Part shown: piece by piece, positions 55,175 to 64,000 of the stretch
How positions within the stretch are numbered: the stretch's first letter is position 1
How the letters are laid out: every line of letters starts with the position of its first letter
Origin: an uncultured virus (IMG/VR IMGVR_UViG_3300026250_000242)
Lineage: Duplodnaviria; Heunggongvirae; Uroviricota; Caudoviricetes
Length of the DNA: 64,000 nt
Reading direction: 5' to 3' (one strand)
Virus record (IMG/VR): IMGVR_UViG_3300026250_000242
Position numbers and translations under genes: made by a program
The notes under the pieces: generated by a model
Seen by the model: the letters and a program-made list of their open reading frames with translations, nothing else
Databases searched by the model: none
Told to the model about the DNA's origin: nothing

Positions 55175-55578
55175 ATCTCGACTTTCTCGGCAAGGGACTC
55201 AAGTATCCCTTTCGCTTTCAGAAACGGTCGGGCGGGGCGCAGATCTCGACGGTCACCTCGCACGAGCACGCCCATATCCATGAGAGCATCCTGCAGATTC
55301 TCGGCACGCGCCCAGGCGAGCGGTTCATGAACCCCGAGTTCGGCTCGCGGCTCAAGGACCTGGTGTTCGAGCAGAACGACGAGGTGGTCAAGGCGCTCGT
55401 GCGGCATTACGTGATCGACGCCGTCAAACGCTGGGAGAAGCGCGTCGTCATCACCGGCGTCGAGTTCGACGACGCGCCCGAGAGCAAGGACCGCAACCTG
55501 CTCCTCGTCCGCATCAACTACCGCGTGATTCAGTCGCAGGTCGAGGGCAACCTCGTCTATCCCTTCTATCGCAAATAG
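55171..55578 (+). CDS. Baseplate wedge gp25/GPW-like protein
   Basis: FLGKG..YPF, SI.QIL.TRPGER.M.PEFGS.L, WE.RV, NLVYPFY. Confidence 0.92.
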   Translation: MNLDFLGKGLKYPFRFQKRSGGAQISTVTSHEHAHIHESILQILGTRPGERFMNPEFGSRLKDLVFEQNDEVVKALVRHYVIDAVKRWEKRVVITGVEFDDAPESKDRNLLLVRINYRVIQSQVEGNLVYPFYRK

Positions 55579-55588
55579 CGCGGGCCAT

Positions 55589-55621
55589 CCGACAGTTTCA
55601 CGATTCTTCCGGTAAGTAACC
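55589..55621 (+). promoter_or_regulatory. Phage bipartite motif copy before the baseplate J operon
   Basis: CCGACAGTTT-CACGATTCTT-CCGGTAAGTAACC. Confidence 0.75.
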
Positions 55622-55677
55622 ACTGAGGGCCGTCCGGTCGCGGGCGGCGATCAGCAACAGGAAGAAACGGAGCAGGC

Positions 55678-57087
55678 ATGGGCCGCGCAAGCGTCAGTTA
55701 CACCAACAAAGATTACGAGTCACTCCGGCGCGAGCTGCTGGACCGCGTGCCGCAGCTGACCGACCGCTGGACCGACTTCAACGCCTCGGACCTGGGCGTT
55801 GTGCTGCTGGAACTCTTCTGCGGCGTCGGCGACATGCTGGCCTATTACCTCGACGCGCAGGCCGCAGAAGCCTTTCTGCCGACAGCCCGTCAGCGGCAAA
55901 GCGTCATCAACCTGTGCAAGCTCATCAACTACCGTCTCGATACGCCCGTCGCCGCGACGACTTCGATTCGGTTCTCTCTCTCCGCCGCCCTGGACGCCGA
56001 CCTGACCATTCCCGCCGGGACGGCCTGCCGGGCCTTGCTCGACGACGGGCAGGCCGACTTCGAAACGGTGGAGGATGCGATCATCCCGCGCGGCGCCCTT
56101 TCGGCGCAGGTGGGCGCGCGACAGGGCGTTCGCAAGACCGAGACGTTCAGCGGAACCGGGGAGCCGTGGCAGAAGGTCATTCTCTCCGGCAAGGCCGTCG
56201 CGCAGGGCTGCCTGCGCGTGTGCGTGGACGGCGAGGACTGGAGCGAGGTCCATCACTTTCAGGACAGCAACGCGGACAGCCCGCATTTCCTGCCGGAAAC
56301 CGACCATCTCGATACGACCGCGATTTCCTTCGGCGACGGCAAGCACGGCGCAATCCCGGCCAACGGAGCCGACATCGAAGTCTCCTGGTTGGAGACGCTG
56401 GGCGCGGAGGGCAACCTCGCCGCGAACCTTGCTACCAACCTGCTCGATCCCATTTATCTCGACGGCCAGCGCGTTCAACTGAGCGTCACCAATCCCGTCC
56501 CCGCCACGGGCGGCGCGGATCGCGAAGCGCTCGATCACGCAAGGCGACAGGCTCCGGCGGAGCTGCGAGCCCTGTGGAAGGCCGTCACCAAGGAAGACTA
56601 CAAGGCGCTGGCCGAAGGCTATCCGGGCGTCGCGAAGGCCGAGGTGCTCGACACCAACGATTGCACGAATATCCGCTACTACAACGTACATCTTGCCATC
56701 GCGCCGAGTGGCGGCGGGCAGCCCTCGCCGCTCCTCAAGGAGGAACTGGCGCAGCATCTGGAGGAACTCAAGGTCATCACCGTGGAGGTGAACCTGTTCG
56801 ACCCGATCTACCGGGCGATCCGGATCGACGCCGAGGTGTTCGCCTGGCCGGGTGAGGACCTGGACCTCGTGCGCAGCCGAATCGAGTCGGGCCTGACGGA
56901 CTTCTTCGCCTTCGACCAGGTTTCGTTCGGACAGTCGGTTCATTTTTCCGACATCGTCGCGCTGCTCGACGGGACGCGCGGCGTGAGCCACGTGCGCATG
57001 TACGCGCCGCAGGATGACATCGTCCTCAAACGCGGCGAGATTCCCGTCCTCGGCGAGGTTCACCTCGACATGCGGAGGGCCGGATAA
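55678..57087 (+). CDS. Baseplate J-like wedge protein
   Basis: YTNKDYESL, WTDFNASD.G..LLE, FGDG..G.IP, GGAD.E, AVTKEDY. Confidence 0.9.
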   Translation: MGRASVSYTNKDYESLRRELLDRVPQLTDRWTDFNASDLGVVLLELFCGVGDMLAYYLDAQAAEAFLPTARQRQSVINLCKLINYRLDTPVAATTSIRFSLSAALDADLTIPAGTACRALLDDGQADFETVEDAIIPRGALSAQVGARQGVRKTETFSGTGEPWQKVILSGKAVAQGCLRVCVDGEDWSEVHHFQDSNADSPHFLPETDHLDTTAISFGDGKHGAIPANGADIEVSWLETLGAEGNLAANLATNLLDPIYLDGQRVQLSVTNPVPATGGADREALDHARRQAPAELRALWKAVTKEDYKALAEGYPGVAKAEVLDTNDCTNIRYYNVHLAIAPSGGGQPSPLLKEELAQHLEELKVITVEVNLFDPIYRAIRIDAEVFAWPGEDLDLVRSRIESGLTDFFAFDQVSFGQSVHFSDIVALLDGTRGVSHVRMYAPQDDIVLKRGEIPVLGEVHLDMRRAG

Positions 57088-58655
57088 TGCCCCCGTATTT
57101 CGAACACAAATTAATCGACTTGCTGCCGCCCCTCTATCGCATCGAGGACGAAAGCGGCGACCTGCAATCTTTTCTGAATGTTACGGCGCCCACGCTCGAC
57201 GAACTCATGGAACTGATCGACCGGTTCCCGCAGATCTTCGACGTGGATGTGTGCGAGGAGCGATGGCTTCCGTACCTGGCGAATCTCGTCGGCATGCCCT
57301 TCGACGGCACGGCGGACCCAGTGGCGCAACGGCGGCTCATCAAGGAGGCCGTTTCGATCTACCAGCGCAAGGCGACCATCCCGGCGATCCGTCGGTCGCT
57401 CACGGACATCGGCTGGTCGGGCGAACTGGAGGAGACCTTCCGCCGGGCGCTGCGACTGAACAGCCGACCCGTGCTGAACGGCTCCAAACTCCCCGGCCTG
57501 ATTCACAGCCTCGGCGTCTATCGCGTCATTTGCCTGAATCAGACCGGCGGCTTGCGCGACGCGCTGACTTTCCATCATCCGGCGGGAACCCGCGCCTACT
57601 TCTGGCAGTGGTTCTTCTCGCGCGTCTCGCACGCCGAGGACCTGACCGCGCTCGAAAAACTGATGGTCCGATACATCCTCTTCGGCAGCATCGACGAGAC
57701 CTTCGCGCTCAATCGCACCCCGCTGGGACGCTGTTTCCACCTCACGCGCAAGCAGAAGGCCTTCAGTTACCTTCAGTTGAACTCCGGGACGACGCTCCGG
57801 CCCGATTACGACTACGCCTCGGTTTGCTTCGCCTCGTGGCACGGACGCGGCGACCGGATGCGGCTCAATCGCAAATCGCTCAACAGCCGGATGCTCGCCA
57901 ACTGCTGGGAGAGCGAGCGCAAATACGCGATCTGCTGCGAAATCCAGGCGCGGCGGCAACCGCCCGAGCGGCCCGTTCCGATGATCCTCAACCGACGCGA
58001 TCTCGGCGCGGCATTGCTCAATCACGCGAACATTCCCTGCCGGGTGCGCTTCAAGCAGAAGGACTATTACGGCGAGTCGGCCCCGCTTGGTCTGGACACG
58101 GCGGCTGACGGCAGGACTGTCCGTCGCTCGGGCGACTCCCGCCTCAGCCGTTGGTTCCGGGTGAATCGCTCCCGCGTCTCGGGCGGCGATCACCTGACCG
58201 GCAAATTCAAGGCCTCGATGTTCTTCTCGGCCTGCTTCGCCGATTCGCAGTGGGGCGAGGTGACTGAAGCCTGGGACGTGGTCGACCGCTGGCGGCGGCG
58301 CGGTCCGACCTTCACGCTCAACGCGAACGCACTAAACAACCGTTATCTGACCGATGCCAACCTCACCGAGGAACGGGCGTCGTTCGAGCTGCGCACCGAC
58401 ACCGGCGCGCCGCGCAGACGCCGCACGCAGCCGCTACGGCTCAATCAGCGGCACCTGAATCACACGGGACTGCGGCTCTCGGTCAATCGCAGCCATCCCA
58501 TGCGACTGGGCCGCATGGCGCTCAACCAGTCCGGCCCGCGGCTGGCGCGGCCCGACCTCGTCTGGCGATTCCGCCAGAAGGACGAACACGCCCCGGCGAG
58601 CGCGGGCTTCGATGCCGCCGCGAACCATCTCCGCGTCACCCGGTGGCCGGCATAA
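57087..58655 (+). CDS. Tail protein I-like baseplate protein with repetitive C-terminus
   Basis: L..LLP..YR..D, LPYLA..VG, R.LIK.A...Y.RK.T. Confidence 0.7.
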   Translation: MPPYFEHKLIDLLPPLYRIEDESGDLQSFLNVTAPTLDELMELIDRFPQIFDVDVCEERWLPYLANLVGMPFDGTADPVAQRRLIKEAVSIYQRKATIPAIRRSLTDIGWSGELEETFRRALRLNSRPVLNGSKLPGLIHSLGVYRVICLNQTGGLRDALTFHHPAGTRAYFWQWFFSRVSHAEDLTALEKLMVRYILFGSIDETFALNRTPLGRCFHLTRKQKAFSYLQLNSGTTLRPDYDYASVCFASWHGRGDRMRLNRKSLNSRMLANCWESERKYAICCEIQARRQPPERPVPMILNRRDLGAALLNHANIPCRVRFKQKDYYGESAPLGLDTAADGRTVRRSGDSRLSRWFRVNRSRVSGGDHLTGKFKASMFFSACFADSQWGEVTEAWDVVDRWRRRGPTFTLNANALNNRYLTDANLTEERASFELRTDTGAPRRRRTQPLRLNQRHLNHTGLRLSVNRSHPMRLGRMALNQSGPRLARPDLVWRFRQKDEHAPASAGFDAAANHLRVTRWPA

Positions 58656-58668
58656 CGGAGGAAAATGA

Positions 58669-59262
58669 ATGGCAATCCATCTCTATCTCGACGCCGCGCT
58701 GACGCAGCCTATTTCCGAAGGCGACGGCTCCAACCCCGACGCCGACAACTACAACGGCACCGATGGCGAGTCCAAGGATCGCCAGATCTGGATCGCCAAC
58801 GAACAGACCTTGCTGGTCGGCGCGATAGGCGATTCCCAAGTCGGTCTAACCCTCGACGAGGCTCGCTTCACGGACGGCGAAATCATCATCGTCGATGCCG
58901 AGCAGATGCAGGTTCAGTCCGGCGGCGGCACGACCGCGCCGACCGTCTCCCGTGGCTACGGCGGCACGACGCCCGCCGCGCACGCGGACGGAACGACAGT
59001 CTACTCGGGCTACGAATACACCGGTTTGGCCGTGGACCCGGTCGACGAGGACGGTTCGGACGAATCGGACTGGTACACGCTGGCTCTGACGCAAGCTGAA
59101 CTCGACGCCGCCACGCCGGGCGCCGCGCTCAATCTCGGCGACAAGGCCCACGACCAGACGCTGACCTTCTGGCGGCGCTGCACGGTGCCGCCGGATACCC
59201 CCGTCCAGAACAAACTCGATCTCAAACTGCGCCTGACCGGCACCGAAGCGCCGATTCTCTAG
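58669..59262 (+). CDS. Hypothetical virion protein
   Basis: SD GGAGG; RGYGGTTPAAH motif. Confidence 0.7.
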   Translation: MAIHLYLDAALTQPISEGDGSNPDADNYNGTDGESKDRQIWIANEQTLLVGAIGDSQVGLTLDEARFTDGEIIIVDAEQMQVQSGGGTTAPTVSRGYGGTTPAAHADGTTVYSGYEYTGLAVDPVDEDGSDESDWYTLALTQAELDAATPGAALNLGDKAHDQTLTFWRRCTVPPDTPVQNKLDLKLRLTGTEAPIL

Positions 59263-59272
59263 GAGGAACCCC

Positions 59273-60259
59273 ATGCCATACCATAGCGCCACCGCTATCT
59301 GCCCCGACAAGCAGACATTCCTTTCCGCCCTTGTGGACTTTCTCACGAACACGGTCGGCTGGACGCTTCACGACGACATGTCGGGCGATGCCGAACCGAG
59401 CTACGTCTTCAAGTCCTACGGCGAGTCCGGAGCAGAAGACATCTATTTGCGCTTCGGCGACGACGCGACCACCGACCGCATCTACGTCCAGGCCTGGCAG
59501 TACTGGGACGCCGCGACGCATGTCGGCGTCAATGGCGCCTGGTATTCGTCGGGGACCTACATCCGCATCAAGGACGCCGCCGAGTTCATTTACTGGTTCT
59601 ACGCCGACCTCGATCACGTCTTCATCGTGACGAAAGTCGGCTCGACCTACTACGGCCATTACCACGGCTTGCTGCGCCGCTTCTGGTCGGACGCCGTGGC
59701 GCTCACACAGGCCGCCGTGACCGCCGGGAGCAATGTCGTCATTCCGGTGAACGACGCCGCGCTGTTCCTCATCGATGAGCACTACCTCATCAAGGACAAC
59801 GCCGCCATCGAGCGCGTCAAGATCACGGCCCGCGACACGGTATCCACGCCCAACACCGTCACCATCGAAACGCTGGCTAACGGCTACGCCGCCGGGGCTA
59901 AGATCGGCGAAGACCCCCAGCCGGTCGTCGCGGGCTATTACCAGTCTCCCGGCACGTTTTACGCCGTCAATCGCTTCGACGGTTACACCAATTACAACGG
60001 CCAGTATGGCCGGGCGGGCTCCGCCACGGGCAATCTTCAATCGGACTGCGACCCGGACAAACGCTACAGCCGGACAGTGCTCTTCCCCTGGATCGCTTCC
60101 CATCAGGACGCCAGTTATCAGGAACTGCGGGGCGAGTTCATCGAGGTCTATGCCATCGGCGGCGGCAACGTCGATTCCGAGGACATCCTCGATATCGGAA
60201 CGGACACTTACCGGGCCTTCAACCTGAGCGGTCCCGGCTGGTGCGCGGTGAAGGAGTGA
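59273..60259 (+). CDS. Hypothetical virion/tail protein
   Basis: SD AGGAGG; aromatic, beta-rich sequence. Confidence 0.7.
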   Translation: MPYHSATAICPDKQTFLSALVDFLTNTVGWTLHDDMSGDAEPSYVFKSYGESGAEDIYLRFGDDATTDRIYVQAWQYWDAATHVGVNGAWYSSGTYIRIKDAAEFIYWFYADLDHVFIVTKVGSTYYGHYHGLLRRFWSDAVALTQAAVTAGSNVVIPVNDAALFLIDEHYLIKDNAAIERVKITARDTVSTPNTVTIETLANGYAAGAKIGEDPQPVVAGYYQSPGTFYAVNRFDGYTNYNGQYGRAGSATGNLQSDCDPDKRYSRTVLFPWIASHQDASYQELRGEFIEVYAIGGGNVDSEDILDIGTDTYRAFNLSGPGWCAVKE

Positions 60260-60263
60260 TTCG

Positions 60264-60395
60264 ATGGCGACGACTCTAGGTAAAAAGCAGGACGTGACGC
60301 CCAAGCCTGCGTTTCGCAGGCCGCGCTACCGGACCGTTCTCAATCAGGGGCGGGTGTTCGTGCTGAAAGGAAGGCTGCGCCGTGGGCGTTTCTAA
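60264..60395 (+). CDS. Small basic hypothetical protein (43 aa, not in ORF track)
   Basis: SD AAGGAG; MATTLGKKQDVTPKPAFRRPRYRTVLNQGRVFVLKGRLRRGRF fills the intergenic gap. Confidence 0.5.
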   Translation: MATTLGKKQDVTPKPAFRRPRYRTVLNQGRVFVLKGRLRRGRF

Positions 60396-60843
60396 GGGAA
60401 AGATTCAACCGGTCATCCTCAAGGCCGGCGCGCGGCGGATGGTCTACCGCACCTCGCTCTCGAGCGGGCAGGTGGCGTTCTATGAACTGCCTTCTCCCAA
60501 GCCGTTCCTTCGGACCGTCATGGTCCGGACCGATGCAGCCGTTCGCGTCAGCCGCACATTCGGCTGGGATTACCGCGAACCGCTTCGGGTGGTTCGTCCG
60601 GTGGACCTGAAGGCGGACACACAACGGGCGGTCTTCAATGCGCTGCTCAAAGACGCCGACATTGCCGTCCGCACGCGGCGGGGCCGAACAACGCTTTGCG
60701 ACACGGCGGTAAAGGTGACGCACAGCGTTCAGTGCCGAAGCGATACCGCCCAGCGCATCGGCAGGCGGCTTGGCGCTTCCGTCGACCTGAAACAGACCGT
60801 CTATATCGTGCTCATCAACGAATCGCACGTCATCGCGACCTAA
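60382..60843 (+). CDS. Hypothetical protein with short D-x-x-x-x-V repeats
   Basis: RTDAAVRV, KADTQRAV, LCDTAVKV, RSDTAQRI. Confidence 0.6.
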   Translation: MGVSKGKIQPVILKAGARRMVYRTSLSSGQVAFYELPSPKPFLRTVMVRTDAAVRVSRTFGWDYREPLRVVRPVDLKADTQRAVFNALLKDADIAVRTRRGRTTLCDTAVKVTHSVQCRSDTAQRIGRRLGASVDLKQTVYIVLINESHVIAT

Positions 60844-60858
60844 AGGAGAACTCAACCA

Positions 60859-61392
60859 ATGGCACTTGGACTCATTGTCAACGCAGGCCGGATTCTGACG
60901 GCCAAACTGCTCATGGGGCAGGATGTCGAGGGACTCACGCACTGCGCCATCGGCGATGGCGACGCGACCTTCGCCGATCCGCTCAATCCTCCCGATCCCG
61001 ACATCGGCCAGACCGCGCTCAAGAACGAACGCGCCCGCAAGCGCTGGTACAAGCGGACCTTCCTCAAGGAGCACCCGGAGGGGGCGCTCATCGTCAACGG
61101 CGTCCATTACATCGAGACCGGCGAGGAGACCAACATCATCGGCGTCTTCTTCCGTTTCGACGAGGAGGAGGCCAACGGGATCACCATCAAGGAATACGGA
61201 TTCTTCGGCGGCGACTGCGCCTATGTGGATGGCCTCGTGGGCGACTACGCCCTGAACGGCGTTTACCACGAGGACACCAATCCCACGGGTGAAGTGCTGC
61301 GCCCCGGTTACCTCTACGAGGTCAAGAACATCCCCGATTTCAACAAGATCTCCGATACCCGCGTCGAACTCGTGGGCGTGATCAAAATCTAA
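60859..61392 (+). CDS. Tail collar/fibre-attachment-like protein
   Basis: AIGDG...QTALKNE.AR, EANG.TIKEYGFFG. Confidence 0.6.
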   Translation: MALGLIVNAGRILTAKLLMGQDVEGLTHCAIGDGDATFADPLNPPDPDIGQTALKNERARKRWYKRTFLKEHPEGALIVNGVHYIETGEETNIIGVFFRFDEEEANGITIKEYGFFGGDCAYVDGLVGDYALNGVYHEDTNPTGEVLRPGYLYEVKNIPDFNKISDTRVELVGVIKI

Positions 61393-61410
61393 GCGAAGGA
61401 GAAACACCCG

Positions 61411-64000
61411 ATGACTATCTCGCGAGACACTTTCGACGCGGCCAAGAACTACAAGCGCATCCGCTACCACCAGGACCGCGACCTGCTCGACTCGGAACTG
61501 AACGAGCAGCAGGAGATCATTAATCTGGAGCGGCGCAAGATCGCCGACCAACTCTTCAAGGAAGGCGCCATTCTATCGGGCTGCGCGATTTCCGCCGCGG
61601 CCAACGTGCTCACGGTCGGCGCGGGCGTTGTTTACATCGACGGCCATGTGGAGGCCGTGCCGGGCGCGACGCTGACCTACGATCCGGCGAAAGACTCGGG
61701 CGCGGACTATGTCTACGTCGAGCGGCTCAAGTACAACATCGGCCACACCGTGGACGGCGGCCTGATCAATCCCGCCACGGGCGAGCCGACCGCCGAACGC
61801 GAACAATGGATTCTCGCGCTCAAGTCGCAGGACACCTCCAGCTTCTCGCTGCCCAACAACGTGACCGAACGCAAGGTCGTCCCGCTCTACAAGTTCGACC
61901 GAGCCACGGGCGAGATCACCACCACGGTGCAGGAAAAGTCCAACATGTACCTGCGGGACCTGCTGGGCACGCTGCCCGGCAACCGGATCACGGTCTCGTC
62001 GATTACGGAGGACCAGCTTTCCTTCGCCGCCGCCGAAGGGCTGCAATCGCTGCTGCAGAACCTGGCCGAACGCACCTTCGACCAGGCGGGCAGTTACCTT
62101 GTGCGCGGCTTCGATTCGTTCCTGGGCGACATCGACGGAGACGACGTCGACGTGGTCACCAACGCGGGCCGCGCCTACATCGAGGGCTACCGGCTCCAGC
62201 TCGACCTACCCACGACGACCGTCGTGCCGAAGTCCGTCGCGACCAAGTCCGTGCGCGGCGAGCAGAAGACCTTCAACACAAACGAGCGACGCTACGCGCT
62301 CAACTCGACGCCGCTCAAGGAATCGACGCAAGTCGAGGGCATCGTCGAGACGACCGCCAACGTGACGCGCGGCTCGGTCGGCGGCGGCGAAGACCTGCTC
62401 GAACCGAATCCCGTCGTGGACATCCTCGAAGTCAGCCAGGGTGCCACGGTCTTTCAGGAGGGCGTGGACTGGCAGCAGTCGGGCAACCACGTGGACTGGC
62501 TCGGATCAGGCAACGAACCGGCCATCGGCACGACCTACACTGTGCGCTGGACCTACACTAAGCAGATGATCAAGGGGACGGACTACGTCGACGGCGGCTG
62601 GTTCGGTCAGTCCGGCCATCCGGCGGCGGACGAATATTACTACGTCCTGACCGCCTTCGACGCGGGCGGCGAAACCGCATATGACGCCGGAGCCATCGTC
62701 TCGCGCCAGACCAGCGCGGGAGAACTCAACCGCCTGACCTGGCTTCCGGTCAGCGGCGCGCTCGGATACCGGGTCTACCGCTCGACAGCCGCGACGGGCC
62801 GAACGAACTTCAAACTGCTCATTGAACTGGGCAGCGATGCCATTTCTTATGTCGACGACGGTGTCGAGGTGATCGGCTCGACCAATCCGCCCACGACGAA
62901 CACGTCGGGCCTTACCATGTCCGCCGCCCAGATCGCACTGGGCAATCTGAACGTCGTCAACTTCGGGCGCACCGGCGTCGGCGACCAGCCGGTGAACGGC
63001 TCGAACTGCAGCATCGACTACGACTACTACCTGGGCCGCCGCGACATCATCTACGCCACGCGGACCGAACTCAAACGGCTCGACGGCGCGCCCGCCGACT
63101 TTCCGAAACTGCCCATCGTTCCCGAGGGCACGCTGGCGCTGTGCAGCATCGACTGCCCGCCCAACTCGACCGACTTGACCATCCGCAACTTCGGCCTCAC
63201 CCGCGTCACGATGGACATGATTCACGACATCATCGAGGACGTGGAGGCGCTCAAGTACAACGACGCTCAGTACCAGATGAACAACGAGCTGCAGAATCGC
63301 GATGCCCAGACCAAAAAGGGCATCTATTCCGACGATTTCTCCAACGACGCCCAGTCCGACATCTACCATCCCGAGTGGAGCGCGCGCATCGACGGCGTTC
63401 ACAAGTTCGTCGCGCCGGGCCGCTCCGCCGTGTCGAGCGTGCTGGAGGTGGACCCGGCCAACAGCGACGCCTCCTTCTTCGGCAGCCTGACGGTGCTGCC
63501 AGGCACTGAGCGTGTGCTCATCGCACAGAACGATTGGTCCGAGGAGAAGAACATCAACCCCTACGCCGTCTTCGACAAGCCGCCGGCCATGATCGAGATC
63601 ACGCCCAATATCGGGCGGCGCGGCCAGACCGGCGTTTCGGTGCGCGGCATGAACTTCACGCCCAACGTGAGCAACATCACGGTGCGCTGCGACGGGCGCG
63701 TGGTGGCCACCGGCGTGTCCTCGGACGAGATCGGGCGCGCCACGGCGGCCTTCACGATCCCGACCAATGTGCGCAACGGCGACCGCACCGTCGAGATGAC
63801 CGACGGGACCTACTCAGCCAGGACCGCGATCCAGATCAACGACCCGCTCATCATCACCCGTATCCTGCGCATCGTCGAGACGCGTATCATCCGCATCCCT
63901 GTGATTCGCGTGGTCTGGCGCTGGCGCTGGTGGCCCGTGCGGATCGACCCGCTGGCCCAGACCTTCAGTTTCGACCGCAACCGCGTGGTCTCTGCGGTGG
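61411..64000 (+). CDS. DUF4815-like large virion structural protein (truncated)
   Basis: MTISRDTFDAAKNYKRIRY...LLDSELNEQQ, YYLGRRD, KGIYSDDF, NPYAVF, DPLAQTF; SD AAGGAG; open to the window end. Confidence 0.8.
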   Translation, partial: MTISRDTFDAAKNYKRIRYHQDRDLLDSELNEQQEIINLERRKIADQLFKEGAILSGCAISAAANVLTVGAGVVYIDGHVEAVPGATLTYDPAKDSGADYVYVERLKYNIGHTVDGGLINPATGEPTAEREQWILALKSQDTSSFSLPNNVTERKVVPLYKFDRATGEITTTVQEKSNMYLRDLLGTLPGNRITVSSITEDQLSFAAAEGLQSLLQNLAERTFDQAGSYLVRGFDSFLGDIDGDDVDVVTNAGRAYIEGYRLQLDLPTTTVVPKSVATKSVRGEQKTFNTNERRYALNSTPLKESTQVEGIVETTANVTRGSVGGGEDLLEPNPVVDILEVSQGATVFQEGVDWQQSGNHVDWLGSGNEPAIGTTYTVRWTYTKQMIKGTDYVDGGWFGQSGHPAADEYYYVLTAFDAGGETAYDAGAIVSRQTSAGELNRLTWLPVSGALGYRVYRSTAATGRTNFKLLIELGSDAISYVDDGVEVIGSTNPPTTNTSGLTMSAAQIALGNLNVVNFGRTGVGDQPVNGSNCSIDYDYYLGRRDIIYATRTELKRLDGAPADFPKLPIVPEGTLALCSIDCPPNSTDLTIRNFGLTRVTMDMIHDIIEDVEALKYNDAQYQMNNELQNRDAQTKKGIYSDDFSNDAQSDIYHPEWSARIDGVHKFVAPGRSAVSSVLEVDPANSDASFFGSLTVLPGTERVLIAQNDWSEEKNINPYAVFDKPPAMIEITPNIGRRGQTGVSVRGMNFTPNVSNITVRCDGRVVATGVSSDEIGRATAAFTIPTNVRNGDRTVEMTDGTYSARTAIQINDPLIITRILRIVETRIIRIPVIRVVWRWRWWPVRIDPLAQTFSFDRNRVVSAV

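Larger units (their letters stand above)
2012..64000. mobile_element. Temperate contractile-tailed prophage adjacent to the tmRNA 3' end; right end outside window
   Basis: Recombinase, repressor, replication, terminase, portal, capsid, sheath, tube, tape measure and baseplate genes in phage order; att sites not identified. Confidence 0.92.

Noticed and set aside
5349..55621. 33-bp repeated motif as a CRISPR array or REP element
   Set aside because: Copies are kilobases apart, have a variable centre, are not palindromic, and each sits at the start of a gene block
39965..58655. Stand-alone T6SS, eCIS or tailocin
   Set aside because: Terminase, portal, protease and capsid genes are present and no T6SS membrane complex or ClpV is seen, so this is a phage tail
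57087..64000. Diversity-generating retroelement or invertible tail-fibre cassette
   Set aside because: No reverse transcriptase, template/variable repeat pair or flanking inverted repeats seen in the window; the region beyond 64000 cannot be assessed

Overview
Bases 1-2011 are host chromosome from a high-GC bacterium: the 5' end of tuf, a tRNA Thr-Tyr-Gly-Thr cluster, a GT2 glycosyltransferase and tmRNA (tag ADNTQLALAA). From about 2012 to the window end lies an apparently intact temperate prophage with a contractile tail, adjacent to the ssrA 3' end and running past the right edge. Its modules, in order: large serine recombinase unit, XRE/ImmA switch, ECF-like sigma factor, recombination/replication genes, Xer-like tyrosine recombinase cassette, packaging and head genes, and an eCIS-like tail and baseplate. 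Highlights: (1) a 33-bp bipartite motif CCGACAGTTT-N10-CCGGTAAGTAACC occurs 8 times, each at the head of a phage gene block, and is probably the promoter of the phage sigma factor; (2) that sigma gene is preceded by an RNA leader with mutually exclusive terminator/anti-SD and anti-terminator folds; (3) a DNA adenine methyltransferase is fused in frame to the prohead protease-scaffold; (4) a 1,512-aa MuF head protein carries DNA-binding-like repeats, a HipA/PI3K-like kinase domain and a further C-terminal domain; (5) an AT-rich caspase/CHAT-like moron; (6) an overlapping-frame partner ORF inside the C5 methyltransferase gene. Product calls come from reading motifs by eye; no database searches were run.
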